Below, piece after piece: positions 27,725-40,141 of a stretch of 64,000 nt of DNA. The stretch covers positions 943,873 through 1,007,872 of the forward strand of contig NW_018408021.1 of NCBI RefSeq assembly GCF_002113885.1. The letters run 5' to 3'. The notes under the pieces were generated by a model, which was not told the DNA's origin, searched no databases, and was given only the letters and a program-made list of their open reading frames with translations. How positions within the stretch are numbered: the stretch's first letter is position 1; each line of letters starts with the position of its first letter. This DNA is from Mizuhopecten yessoensis (taxonomy: Eukaryota). A program made the translations under genes and the position numbers.

Positions 27725-29494
27725 TACCTTCGTCAGGACTATGTATCATCCTCACAAGTGAAAACAAAGTGGAATTAGGAATGATGCATTTAATAGATGA
27801 GCATGTTAAAATTGGAATTTTGATCTGAGATATTTACATTCATATTAATTGAAAGTTTCTGTCATTTTACACATACAACTGAGATATTGTTATCTTCACT
27901 ATACAATCAATGATATACATATTCAAATTATTCTGAATTAATCACTATACAATCAATGATATACATATTCCAATTATTCTTAATCAAAATGTCTGTGATG
28001 TGACAGTAAGATAGCGTATATACTTGATGTTGGTTGCTACAATTTCCACCTTATATGGTGTTAATGTTTATGTGATATCATGTAGTTTTTATGTATCATC
28101 GATTATTATACATTATATGTTCTTGTGTCAATCCGATCTGTTCAATATGTATATAAACTGTTATTGTATATTTACAAAGATGAGAGACATTTTTAGTAAG
28201 CTATTTGTGTACACAGCTAGTACATCCGATGACATTTTTTGTATGAACACTGTATAAGACTTTTCCTATAACAACTCTTACAAATTACCTATAACAAAGG
28301 GGTATAAAGGTATGACCTACTTCGTTCTTTATAAAATATAGATAAAGGGAGACAATTGCATTTGTAAGAGTTGTTACAAATATGCCTAGACATGTTTAGT
28401 GTTAACATATATATTGTATACGTATACTGCAACAATAAAAGCAAGATGTGTCAATTATCGTGTTGTCAGCCTCTAAAAGATCCCCATATCGCTGCCACAA
28501 TACTTAAAGAGAAAAAAAGTGAGCCATGCCTTGCATACTTTTATGAAAAAATTACATGTCCAATATATATCCGATGTAAAATTAAAGGAAGGTAAATAAA
28601 TGCATGAAAATCGGTAGGGGATTTCTCTAGTGTCTGGCTTGCAGTGGGAAAGAGTTCCTGCTTGCAGTGGGAAAGGGCTTCGAAATGCATCTTATAAGTC
28701 ATTACCTAGTATAAACGTCCTCGATACTCCAGATTTTACTTCACTTTCGCTCTCTGCACCCTCGAAATATTGGAATATGTCGCACGGTTATAGTCACACA
28801 GTCGTAAACATTGGATAGAAATCACAAAAGAGTAATTAAATAACTAGTAGACATTTGTATGTATTCAAAACAGTTGCATTCTCACCAATAAGCCCACGCT
28901 CGAGATATTCGAATACAGGCACATTTTGAAATGTAAAGTTGACTAAGAAACCGGATCCATCAAACAAAACGATACATACTTGTGTCACATTAGGGCGGAT
29001 GTTGACCTTTGGTTATATGTCAATAGGTCCATTTTGAAGGATCGTAAACATACATTTGTCGGTATTTTATCAAGAAACTACTGAACAAAAGATAAGTTTA
29101 CATGTAACATAAAATAGTGAGAATGATTAACCCCTGCTTATGAAACACAAATAGCCAGAACCTTTCACAGACTCCTAATTTCCGGTTGATAATAAAATCT
29201 CCTGAATTGTGACGTATACAAAAGACTAACAAAATAGACCGTGTTTGGTAGTCAAACAACATTTCCGTTTTCCCATCTTGCATGAGGTGAAATGTTTCCA
29301 TGCATTGCATTTAAAGTATTTCTGAATAATTAAACATAAACAGACGCTATTCAAATTTCAAACGTGTTCTTACAATATTTCTATGATGTGAACTTCCGTA
29401 ACAAGATTAGGTTATTCATGTTTGTCGAGTAGAAACTATATAATGGTTACATCAAGTTGAAATAGACATTTAACTGTATCACTCTACTATAATA

Positions 29495-30907
29495 ATGACG
29501 TATATGCGGCGATCAGCAATCAGTGGTATCTGGACTGGCAATGAACTATTTGCCATGAAGAAAAATGTCGCTGAGGACATCAAATTAAAAAAGACCGTAA
29601 ATTGTCTATCAATGGATCAATCATATGAAAAGCATGCGGCAGAACGTGATATTCGGGGAACACGAGTCTTCTTGAAAGATGTTCGCTTGTCAACTGGACA
29701 TAGTAAGGAAGGAGTTGCATCTATAGAGTCTTTCCCCTCATGTAATCACCTGCCTATTTTACCGTATGATGTACCAGATAGACTCCTTCAGAGGTCAGAA
29801 AAATCGTTCTCACTTCGGCCAAGAGGATCGGTTATTTACGAAATAAACCAAGCTATCAGTGAGGATACTATGACATCTATCTTTCGTGAAACAACAGTTC
29901 CTGCAGTACAAGCGACGCGAATCCACCGACCAAGGGTTTTGACAGCAACTGGAGTCCATAGCGAGGCACCAACAGAACACATAACAAGACGGACGAAGTC
30001 AGACGGTATATCACCCAAATACCTGTCGGTCAATGAACGTCCAAGGGAAAATACCAAGTTGTCTTATTTCACTGATGACATAAACGATGATTTTGAAACT
30101 GAAAGTGTTGACGAAGAGGAGAAACGAATGCAAGAGTTTCAACGCTTGAATACTCGATACAATCCATGGAACATACAACAACGTAATGGCGTTTTGTACG
30201 ACGCATTGGAACTACCTCGCATCAGGGACTGTTACAGACCGGTATGTAGGCTATCCTGTAATACTTGCATGTCACGAAAACAAAACGCGCCATGTTTTGT
30301 TATTCCCGGAATCACCCATCCAGCTGGTTTTGTTTTGCCACTCAAAAGTGTTCCTAATAGGGTGAAAAGACAAAAAAAGAAAAAGAAATCCAAAATAATC
30401 AACACAACCAAAAGTATTGAGAGTACACGGAGCGTGTTAACACGGACCATTAGGGATATAACACAAGACGGACATTACCCTTGTGATGTTACAGAACACG
30501 ACGAAATTGACGACAAATTCCAGTTACGTGTTCAACAGGAGCTAAAGTTTCTTTTGAAAACAGATAAAAAGATAAATAAGGATCGTTTGAAGGAATTATC
30601 AACACCAAGAGAGGGATTCAAAAAGGATGTAAGATTTTCGAAAATGTTGATAAAAAAAGAGGTGAAGAGCTTGACACTTAAAAACGCAGCAGAGGTTGCA
30701 TCAGCTAATGAGACTGAGAACAAGAGGAAGATAGACAGTCGGGTCAATATGTTTCTGGCTATGCTGAACTCACAGGGAAACCACATACCTACTACCATGG
30801 TACATATTCCCCTTAGGGAGGACATTATGCAGGTGGATATATCCCACATTCAAACTGTGGATCTTGATATGCTTAAACACCACAATATAAACACAAGGAG
30901 GGTCTAA
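29495..30907 (+). CDS. Uncharacterized 470-aa basic, largely low-structure protein; single coding exon
   Basis: 1.4-kb non-repetitive ORF in AT-rich DNA, AATAAA just after the stop; no family recognised; the true start could be a later Met. Confidence 0.75.
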   Translation: MTYMRRSAISGIWTGNELFAMKKNVAEDIKLKKTVNCLSMDQSYEKHAAERDIRGTRVFLKDVRLSTGHSKEGVASIESFPSCNHLPILPYDVPDRLLQRSEKSFSLRPRGSVIYEINQAISEDTMTSIFRETTVPAVQATRIHRPRVLTATGVHSEAPTEHITRRTKSDGISPKYLSVNERPRENTKLSYFTDDINDDFETESVDEEEKRMQEFQRLNTRYNPWNIQQRNGVLYDALELPRIRDCYRPVCRLSCNTCMSRKQNAPCFVIPGITHPAGFVLPLKSVPNRVKRQKKKKKSKIINTTKSIESTRSVLTRTIRDITQDGHYPCDVTEHDEIDDKFQLRVQQELKFLLKTDKKINKDRLKELSTPREGFKKDVRFSKMLIKKEVKSLTLKNAAEVASANETENKRKIDSRVNMFLAMLNSQGNHIPTTMVHIPLREDIMQVDISHIQTVDLDMLKHHNINTRRV

Positions 30908-32091
30908 TTTGAGCGAATAAACACTGACATGAGATATCCTTGAATTGACCTCAGGTTTAACTATGCATATGCCTCGGGATTCGTGTTTTCATGTCATTTA
31001 TGACACAGGAACATAATCTTTTCAGATAGTGAGCCTTTTACACCAAATGGAAAGGATTTATCGTAAATGAAAACTGTATATATTTGAACTGTTTGTACAC
31101 AGTAAATCAGTATTATAGAACTTATTGTTACTAATGATAGTTTTCAATTTGCATTGGACCAAACAGAGACCTTAATCTTTATGAACAAAACTTCAAGTGT
31201 ATGCAGCAATTTCTTACAATGACCTTTCTGATTTGATAATTGAATTATGAAAAGAAATCATTGTGCCAGGTCATATTATGTGTTTTGATTTATTTCAAAA
31301 TATAACAAAAATAATTAATGAAAGGCCACAACAACGGATTGTAACCGATACAGACAGTTAACGACAAGCACACGATTTTGAAATGATATAATGTTATTTT
31401 CCACTAAATATTGATCTGATAAAAAAAGAATTGAATAAATTTGAACAATCATCTGAATTAAGAATAATCCTACATTTTAATGAAGTAAGGGGAGTGGGTA
31501 GGATGCCGTTTGCGTAGGGGTTTAACCAGTTCATACACAGTGCAGATTTGTAGCATCATGTGACTGTACAATAGAATGGCCTGACAAAGCACATATAAGC
31601 GTTTTACTGTATGGCTGGCGTAGTTTGTATACTTAATATATTACAAGACATGTTTGTATAGTAATGATATCCCTTCTAACCTAATAGATCTGTCACAGCA
31701 TCAAAGACACCAGGTTTAAAGTAACATATAATGCAAACATTGTGTGGGCTATTGTATATCAATTTATAGTGAGGAAATCGACCTCATTATACGTTTTTGC
31801 ATTCAGGTTATATATAACTTGTAATTATCACGATAAGGGCAAAATTCATGTAAAAATTAAAGTAGAAATTAAAACTTCTTTATCACTGTGATGGGCATGC
31901 TTTGTAAATGTAAAATTCTCTTTAAGGATCTCCGTTCAACTACCAGAACTATTACCTATCCATTGAAATTGTGTTTTTTGGTAAGCATTGGTAAAACATT
32001 TCTTGAAACAAAGCCCATAAATAATTATGTGGAGTTTTATGAAAATTTGATGAAGATGAAATTTAACAGAGTAGTGTTCAACACTGTTTTG

Positions 32092-32210
32092 TGTAAAAGT
32101 ACAATGCGGCTGGACAAGCATTCGAACCCTGCACCTCATATCATAATACTGTCGTTCTAACAAACTGAGCTATCTAGTCAACGGAAATATTCTGGCCTAG
32201 GCGCGCTACT
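32092..32210 (-). mobile_element. tRNA-like unit resembling a solo LTR of a tRNA-bearing TRIM
   Basis: Minus strand reads GTAGCG...GACTAGATAGCTCAGT..TAGA...GGGTTCGAAT...TTTTACA; related to 56436..56551. Confidence 0.55.
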
Positions 32211-34336
32211 GTAATATCAAAAAAGGTAACTGTGTACTCAGAAATCTACAGTGGAATTAGTGATCCTTAACGTACCTACTCGGATTCAAATCAAATTATT
32301 GATATTCAAATGTCATGTTAAGTATTTCTGCTTTCCTTGTTATCATGCCGTTTCGTTCCAATACATTTAGTGTTACCGATTTTGATGCATTTAATCATAA
32401 AAAATCATTTTGGAGCAAGTTATTTTTGAATGTAGTTCAATATCTGCCTACAACGTATACCATGATGCCAATTGAACATTCTAACAAAAAAATCACATGC
32501 ATTCGTAAAGACACTATCCAATGATGCTTCTGAGTTATAGAAATTGTTCACTGATTATATGGCCTGCTGAACTCATGAAATGGACAAAACGATAGCAGCT
32601 CTTACTTATAGTGTTATTTTCATAAATGCTAAAATTTATCTGTGCAACCATGTAAGAACCTCATATACGTAGTCAAAATGAAAAAGGAGTTCATGTGTTG
32701 CATACACAAATCGTGTTGTAATTCATTTGATCACATCTAACCGATTCCCATTACCATTTGTGCTGAAAATTTAGTCGGTACAAACGAATTGATATTTTTT
32801 TTTTATTTCAATTGACTAACAAACCAGAAAATTGTAATTGCTTTCTTTTATTCAATCTTCAGCCGACCACATCTTTACAAACATAGTAAATATTTACTCA
32901 GGATAAAGCATGATATTTAAACTATCAAAGTCAGTAACAGTAAGAGTAAATATAAAATGTCACAATTGGCCGTGTAAATCATATTGGCAAACACTTTATC
33001 TACGTCAATGCGTTGAATGGAATAATCCAGAGATTGTTTATTTAACCTTATAAGTATTCAGGGACATTATTATACATGTTAACATACACTTTTATACAAA
33101 CATCAATTAAAATCGCAAGCAGTTGATATTTTGATTCACTGGGTGGGTAGCATTTCTTCTATATCATAAACCAGTGTATTTACATCGTCTAATGAGGAAA
33201 AAGACTTGGGCTTTTTTAGTCGTGTTCCTAATCTACAAACAGCGTAATAATTGTAAGAATACAGGTTTGTGCAAATATACGTTAAGAATATAACCAGCTG
33301 ATATTTCTGAAGGGGATATGGCTTAGAATAGGAACAACAATTCACTAATTAATTCCTTTCAAAATGTAAGCTCTTTTTGGCTTGTAGATTTTTAAGATTA
33401 CAATAGAAATATCCACCAAGAAATGAAGGTCAGTCGAATAAAATGTAGATATACCAAGTATATCTCACCTATTATATGTAGTTAACAGCCACCCAGGTCG
33501 AGCTACTATAGGTTAAGTGGCTATTTGAATCAATTTTAATGTATCTTAAATTGGACTTATTCCAATACTTTTGAAAGTCACATTATTATGTTCAAACATA
33601 TATATTATGACAACAGACAAACGTTTTACATATGTTTTTGTACACTGTCATATGTGATTTTCATATCTTAACGATATTTTTATGTTAATGTCCGTACAAC
33701 ATTATATATTTACGTATACATCATTATGCTTGTAAAATTTGTGAAAAACATTAAGCTGTGTGAAACATTGATAAAACGATGTTAATGTATTTTCTTTTAC
33801 CAGTCGAATCAGCATGTAAATCAATATATTGTGCAAAAATAATTTGTTTCCTCAACCTACAATCACATATGATCTAGTTCCATCTTTTCATCGCCTAAGC
33901 CTATTAGCTACCAACAGTGGGAGATATAAATCCCGTAAATAAAACATCTTACGGTACACTAACAATGCACGACTCGTACATGGTTCAATAACTATAAGGA
34001 TGTTGCTATTCATTGTATAGAAAAAAACCGATAATTCAACAAGACATGAAAGGGACCTTTAGTGCAAATACAACAATACACTATCGATCAGATACATACA
34101 AAAGCAAAACCATGACATACATTAGAATATCCTTTCATCGGGTGCAGCAGTCTTGTCGTGTAGGGTTGAATATATCCAGCGTCTGGGAAAAGTGGTGAAC
34201 CATTTTATTTTAACTGTAATCTATGTAATCCTCTCATTCTATTCTCGCCTCCATGATTTCAATGAGAAATTGAAAAATAGAACATAAAAGGAGTTGATGA
34301 ATCAAATGTATGCGACATCAAAACGAGAAAATAAGT

Positions 34337-35506
34337 TTACAGCCTGATGATGCCTAGTTTACGTCTAGCCTCCTGTATTATAATCGCCCTTCTATTTTCG
34401 ACGTGCTGTTGTTTCGCTAACATTGCTTGTGATATTCTCACATTTTCCAATCCCTTTTTAATATACTCTGGTAAGGGGTGTTTTTTATTGAACGATTCCT
34501 GCGAACGACAAAATCGACTGATTCTGCTCTGTATCCCGTTGTCATGGGCGCTGCATAGAAACCCGTTACTTGCTGTAGTAGATTTATCCCCGTCCGTTCC
34601 ACCGCTATGTAATAACTCTCTCATTTTCGGAATTTCAGAACAGTACTCGGTCTCTAAGAGATGCATAAATGTCTTTACTTGTCGATCAGAGAAGGAATAC
34701 CGACTGTGATCACCGGGGTACGGGGCACCATCCTCTGACTCTAGTTCTCCAATATGATCCTCGTACATCTGTATAAGCTTCTTCATATACTCACACGTAC
34801 TGCACGTTCTCTCCCTCCGACGCCGTGCTTCGTCCTCCCCTTCTTCCTTCGGATCTTTTGGTCGCTTTTGGAAAAAAGAAACATAAGCCGGAGATGATTT
34901 TGGTCTCTGGTTTTTAGGTTTCTCATATGCTACATCCCTTGCTGGGTTGGATTTCGGAGTTAATCTGTCAAACACTCTCGCAGATTTTGCTCTGAACGAG
35001 TGCGTTGATTGTGTCCACTGTTTTTCGCGTGATCGTTGTTCTCTTTGCACGCGTGATTTGTAATTTTCTAATTTACATTCCTCTGTCCTGTTGAGTTTCT
35101 GGGCCTTGAACTCACTTTCTGTTTGACAGAGTTGTGTCTTGTATCCAATGCAGTTGTTTGCAGGGTATCCATCCAAAGATATACCCGTGTCTGTCGTCAT
35201 AATAGATAACGGTTTCGGTGGGTATTGAGCACCGATGTCATGAATATCTGGTTTTTGTTGAGCGCCAGTGTCTTTCCTACGGTTCCCTGATCTTATGCTT
35301 GCATAAATACTAGATGTGGTGCTAAGAACTCTAAAATTTTTTGAAGTTGCGTATGTGCTGAAACCAGTTCCATTAGACAAACACTGATCATCATTAGATC
35401 CCACCTCAAATTGCCTGTTGCCAGCACCTTCCGTTCTCGGCCTTGGAATGTTTCCTTTCCTTAGTTTAAGTTGACTGCGAGCAATTTTCGCTTGATTAAC
35501 CGCCAT
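34337..35506 (-). CDS. Uncharacterized 389-aa basic protein; single coding exon
   Basis: 1.17-kb non-repetitive ORF with good start context (AAACATGG); no family recognised. Confidence 0.75.
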   Translation of the reverse strand: MAVNQAKIARSQLKLRKGNIPRPRTEGAGNRQFEVGSNDDQCLSNGTGFSTYATSKNFRVLSTTSSIYASIRSGNRRKDTGAQQKPDIHDIGAQYPPKPLSIMTTDTGISLDGYPANNCIGYKTQLCQTESEFKAQKLNRTEECKLENYKSRVQREQRSREKQWTQSTHSFRAKSARVFDRLTPKSNPARDVAYEKPKNQRPKSSPAYVSFFQKRPKDPKEEGEDEARRRRERTCSTCEYMKKLIQMYEDHIGELESEDGAPYPGDHSRYSFSDRQVKTFMHLLETEYCSEIPKMRELLHSGGTDGDKSTTASNGFLCSAHDNGIQSRISRFCRSQESFNKKHPLPEYIKKGLENVRISQAMLAKQQHVENRRAIIIQEARRKLGIIRL

Positions 35507-36941
35507 GTTTTATTTTTTCCAGAGATCACGTTTGTATGTATCACTCTTACAGTTGATATTTGTTTAATATTAGCTGATGTTGTTGAAACTCATTCTGTGA
35601 TTAATGGCAATATAACATGCATTGCTCTAAACAAAATGTCCAAGAAGCATGATCAATCTAATACTGTCTTATCTCACATAACCTACTTCACGAAGTGTCA
35701 ACTAGGGATAACAGTTGACGCCATTATCATCCGTGATACTGTAACAAATAAGTAAAGAATGTTCGATATTCCTTGATTTGCAAACAATACACAGTACGTC
35801 CTGTTCACCTGACAGCGCGACACAGTTCTGTCACAATGATCTCACTAACGCTGGTGTTCTTCAGTCGTTTCCATGTCCATCAGTCATAAAAACTGATAAA
35901 TGATGAAAATATTTGACTTATGGATTTAACACTGAACAACGTGCTGGACCCTCGGTGTCGATTATTTAGACAAGTGGGATTATGTCGTGCAAACACCTAC
36001 AGTGATTTGTTTGCGTGCGTGAGGGGACTGGGTCTTATAGCCCTCGGTATGACAGCGACAATAATAAACACAAAATTTAATAATGGGAAAATCGGCAGCT
36101 TAAATGTATCCCATGTCTTACGAGTGTGTAGCGGAAACATTCTTCCTCTTTATTGATAGATCAATTATGGCTGGGAGAAGGGCGGGTATTTAACACCAAT
36201 ACAGAAATTGAGAAAATACAAGAGCTGTCCAAGTATTTATTCAGCCAAAATAATCCCTCTTACTTAAATAAACAGATGTGATTTATCTGTTGTTTGATAA
36301 AAGCGTTACTGTATGTGCCCTTTCGACAACAGTGTCGAAACAACCCGCTAAAATCACAAATGTGAATGGGAAAGTGATTTAAAGAATACTTTCAATTTCC
36401 ATACAATGGTATTTATTCATGCGAGTTAATCTGACAAATAAATTATAATTCTGCATCTCTTTACCTGTACAATATACGTCGCACAAAAACCAATATATGT
36501 GCAGGTTATGTGTGTCTGACACTGTACCTGGATTGAGCGGACGACGCCATAGCAGACACAGCTAGGTACATTGTTCGGTGACTAAACTGGGTGTACAGGC
36601 TCTTCAAACGGTGAACGTCTTTTAAAGTTAACGACTTGTAGATTAACGAAAATCGAAAATATATTTAGTTCATGTTTGTAATTGTGAAATCGTGATAATT
36701 GTTGATAATAGCAAGAAAATCATAGGTGGCAGACACCATGCTATACTCATATTAATCATTTTGACTGGCATCGTCAACCTGCGCCTCTCTAAACCCAAAT
36801 ATGGCTAAATAACTTTATCATAAATGAAAGATTTATAAAGCACATGGATATGAAAACGCTGAACGTGATTTGAAAGGTGATTCCATCTTGTATGGCAAGC
36901 CAAGTTGTCATTTATTCATGGAGCAATGTTGATCCAGTACT

Positions 36942-37254
36942 TAACCAAATTATATAATATATCTTATATAATTATAAGTATAATTATATAAAATATCTTT
37001 AATACTTAATGAAATATCTTATATACTTTATAAGATATCCTATATAATAAATGAGATATCTTATATACTTAATAAGATATCTTATATACTTTATAAGATA
37101 TCTCATAAAAGATATAAGATATCTTATATATTATATAAGATATCTCATAAAAGATATAAGATATCTTATAAAAAGAATTAAATGAGATATCTTATATCTT
37201 TTATAAGATATCTTATAAACAAAATTAAATGAGATATCTTGTATAATTCGGTTA
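36942..37254. repeat. AT-rich fold-back element built from ATAAGATATCTTAT palindromes
   Basis: Inverted ends TAACCAAATTATATAA / TTGTATAATTCGGTTA enclosing many short palindromic units. Confidence 0.7.
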
Positions 37255-37713
37255 TCAGATATCTTATAAAGAACGAGATTTTAATTTGAGATGATAAACC
37301 CTCCCCCACAGCGCTCGGAACCTATCGATAACCGAGGGGGTCAGAGAGGATTTGATCGAAAATGGCAGCCGATGCGTATAGTTAAATATCAAATACATGT
37401 AGTTTATTTTACAGTCAAATAGGAAAATTCACAATCATTAAGTTTTTAATCAAATTTAGTATGAGCCGATCAGGTTGTAAAAAAAGTATTATATTGTTTG
37501 TGTATAAAAAAATCAGGTCTTGAGTCCATATACGCAAGATGGATACATGTACATGTCAGCAGAATGACTGTACTAAACGATATTTCGTACGTCGCAGAAT
37601 ATCGGACAACTTGGTATAAAAAAACTTCATTTACCAATATTCGATAACTCTAAATAATGGAACCATAATATAAAGTTTTGTGTAATGCCGTTGACAATAC
37701 ACATCTGTGTGTG

Positions 37714-37903
37714 TATTCCGTCTTTGCGTATTGCAGAGTTATCTTCTCTTGAGAGCAGGTATTGATTGTTACGTCATTGGTTTGTGTGAGAAAATTACGT
37801 CGTTTTCTCAAAAATTGATGACCTTACTCTCAAAAACAAATGACGTAACAATCAATAACTGCTCTCAAGAGCAGATAACTCTGCAATACGCAAAGACGGA
37901 ATA
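37714..37903. mobile_element. MITE family A copy
   Basis: Same terminal inverted repeats and body as 4311..4500. Confidence 0.85.
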
Positions 37904-38072
37904 GATGGTCTACATTTTACATTAACATTTACTGAATGTAAATATCTAATTTCTGCATTTTCATTTTTGTTTTTTGAATCTGCAATTTTGCTTTATCATG
38001 TTGTCATTTGATGATTAAGAATGAAAATGAAAAAGGCGCCACGTGACAAGAGATGGTAGCGGTTTAAATTCG

Positions 38073-38450
38073 TGTAGCGGAACTGGACTGGGTCGATCGT
38101 CGGCGACCAGATTGCTTTATTGGTAGAGCGTCCGTCTAGAGTTCGGAGGGTCCCGGGTTCGAACCCAGGTCTGGCCGTGCATTTTTCCTTTCCTGTAACA
38201 GTGGTGCCTGTGACCAGCCCTTGTTTCAAGCATTTGGTGTATGCTTGACAAGGGGATACCCGAACCTGGGTTGTAAATAGTTGAGTCTTCGGGGGCAAAG
38301 ACTTAGAAAAAGGAGGGAGGAATGTAGCGGAACTGGACTGGATCGATCGTCGACGACAAGATAGCTAAATTGGTAGAGCGTCCGTCTAGAGTTGGGAGGG
38401 TTCCGGGTTCAAACCCAAGTCTGGCTGTGCATTTTTCCTCTCCTGTTACA
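38073..38450 (+). mobile_element. Complete TRIM (miniature non-autonomous LTR retrotransposon) with tRNA-containing LTRs, Helenus-type
   Basis: Two 128-bp direct repeats 38073..38200 and 38323..38450 (TGTA...ACA; 13 differences), PBS TGGTGCC(T)GTGACCAG at 38202..38217, PPT AGAAAAAGGAGGGAGGAA at 38305..38322, flanks TTCG/TTGG. Confidence 0.88.
38105..38177 (+). pseudogene. tRNA-like sequence inside the 5' LTR (anticodon position AGA, short variable loop); second copy at 38355..38427
   Basis: 73 nt that fit canonical numbering: G18G19, T33, T54T55C56G57A58; single mismatches in the acceptor, anticodon and T stems; T5 run at 38182..38186. Confidence 0.75.
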
Positions 38451-39134
38451 TTGGTATACCTAATACAATCGGCTAACGTCCACTTTAACATTACATACCG
38501 TGATATACCGTAACACATATAGTCATTATGATACGAATTAAACCATGGTCCATGCTACATTGCATAGGGATACATGTACATGTCTATTCCATTGAATTAT
38601 ATAATGTTCCAGCGGTTTTCAATACCAAATTGAACCTCTGTGTGCGATGCACTATCGTCTAAAATATTAATGCTTATTCTAAAACTATTATCAGGTGGTA
38701 ACCCTATTTTATTCAATGAATCAAAAAGTATACAATATAATTTTATTAAGCGTTCGCCTCTAGGTAGCACCTATTTCATATTATTAATTGTTTGTGTTGT
38801 TATAATTACCTAGTCATTAATACGGTAATATTACTTTTAAATGACATGTTTACTATTGTGCAAATGTTGATGACACACGATTTATGTCTGTTCTGAGGTT
38901 AAGAGATCGCGATTATTTTGGTACTATGGAGTAGAAAGATACACGAATCAGACAAACATATGTGTACTAAATTACTTTCAAGATTGGCTGATTGGCATGA
39001 ATTACTGGATGAATGATTCTTGCATTCAAAGCTATGATACTAGATGAATTGTACTGTTTTTTGTTATGTCATGCTAGGAGGTTTGGTACATATTTTCTAT
39101 TTATCAGGTTTCCAACTTTTAATACATTTACATA

Positions 39135-39490
39135 GGAGGTACGGTAGTCTAGTTGTAGGACGCCGGGCTCATGACCAAAGGGTTGCGGGTTCAGGTCACG
39201 GCACGGCACTGTGTTGTATCTTTGAACAAGATACTTTACTCCGCTTGTTCCAGTCTACTCAGCTGTAAATGAGTACGTGGTTGGACAGTGATTGAATTGT
39301 AGAATCTGAGCTGTTAGCGCCGAAAACGCAGCTCCGGCTGTATGCTCTCCAGGGAGTTGAGAAAGGTATTGGCTGGTTGAAAAGGACCTATAACCACGGA
39401 TAATAATTTGTGAACCGCTTTGAGACGACCTACGAACTAGATTGTGATAAAGCGGCATATAAGAACCTCGAGTTATTATTATTATTATTT
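39135..39490 (+). mobile_element. tRNA-derived SINE with CORE-like centre and L2-like tail ending in (TTA)n
   Basis: A/B box head, GTATCTTTGAACAAGATACTTTAC...CAGCTGTAAATGAGTAC, GCTTTGAG...AAAGCGGCATATAA, (TTA)5. Confidence 0.75.
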
Positions 39491-40141
39491 ATGTAGACAA
39501 GGTGACATCTGTATAGATCCATTTAAATGTGAACTGGCACGTATCCATCTGATAGTATCTAATCAAATAACATCTGGTAATTATTCAATACTAACATAGG
39601 GCTGTGTACAGGTGTTCAAAATGGAGAGTTATCTCCCCTAGATTGTAATCTGGACAAACTCTATTACAGTTATAACTTTTTGTTAATATCTATGACCATT
39701 TGTTTGTTTGATTTTTGTTTTGTTATTTTATTTTGTTATTTTCGGGTAATAGTATGTGAAAAGAAATAAAAGAAAAAAAGTTGTTCCCCTTTATAGACAG
39801 ATGGTTGAAATGTGTCCTGATATTTACCCTGATCTGAATTCCAGTTATAAGATTTGATTGACTGCATGAGTTAAACAAGTTAATTTCAAGACAGTTCACA
39901 TTTCTGTCCTTGTTGATAACACACCAGTCGTGGTTCAATACTACCTGTTGATGCGTCATGCTTACAAATGAATTACATAATCAGGTAGTCTGGTAGTCTA
40001 CTGGAAAAACCCTCCATCTAAACGTCGTATCTGTTACGCTCATCGTCAAACCTGAATTCTAACTAAATATATTTATAAGTCATCCGTGATTATTTAAATA
40101 TATACGATCAGTATACGATCACTGTCTCAGGACATGGTTTC

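Noticed and set aside
34347-34709. Antisense ORFs overlapping the long ORFs (also 29836..30849 and 48219..49537)
   Set aside because: Shadow frames of real coding sequence with no independent motifs
38105-38427. Two functional tRNA-Ser genes
   Set aside because: Stem mismatches, no long variable arm, and both are embedded in the LTRs of a TRIM
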